Source: Escherichia phage SM_S24. Taken from it: DNA of 43,039 nt. Within the stretch, counting starts at the first letter, position 1; each line of letters begins with the position of its first letter. Positions 42,954 to 43,039 of this stretch are shown one piece after another. The notes under the pieces are model-generated. The model saw only the letters and a list, made by a program, of their open reading frames with translations, did not search any database and was not told the DNA's origin. A program made the position numbers and the translations under genes. The stretch lies in the sequence record PP920554.1; one strand, written 5' to 3'.

Positions 42954-43039
42954 CGGCAACCCATAAGCCTCCCAGCCTGCCGATTTGGTGGGCTTTTTTG
43001 TGCCTGTTATAATCCCCTTAGATGGCAGGGCCGTCTCCT

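Noticed and set aside
1-43039. tRNA genes
   Set aside because: No cloverleaf-compatible segment with a T-loop-like GTTC(G/A)A core was seen in intergenic DNA; this is only a visual scan, and a tRNAscan-SE run would be needed to confirm absence.

Overview
The window reads as a near-complete, gene-dense genome (~43 kb) of a tailed dsDNA phage with a lambda-like siphovirus tail tip and enterobacterial-style codon usage. All calls rest on reading the six-frame track and the raw sequence; no database search was run, so family names are motif-based. Layout: (1) rightward structural module 23-22728: small and large terminase, portal, head morphogenesis, overlapping Rz/Rz1-like spanins, scaffold, major capsid, neck proteins, major tail protein, G/GT-type frameshift chaperone, tape measure, M-L-K-I-J-like tail tip, fibers; two reverse-strand morons sit inside it. 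(2) leftward DNA-metabolism/replication module 22759-34894: Dam-like and C5-like methyltransferases, HAD-like phosphatase, SNF2-like helicase, VRR-NUC, family-A DNA polymerase, T7 gp2.5-like SSB, Cas4-like nuclease. (3) rightward module 35297-42953: HTH regulator, primase-helicase, iteron array, early genes, holin-endolysin cassette, HTH-metallophosphoesterase. The most unusual signals are non-coding: two copies of a GCGGGACA-octamer array each ending in the same hairpin with conserved stems and a different loop (11186-11500 and 38225-38383), a TTGGTTGCA-type box recurring at promoter-like sites across the genome, a 5-unit iteron array after the primase-helicase gene, and two replication-operon proteins with alternating acidic/basic repeat tails. 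Motif coordinates outside ORF-anchored positions are approximate (+/-2 nt). The track permits GTG/TTG starts, so several starts were re-picked on ATG/RBS grounds.
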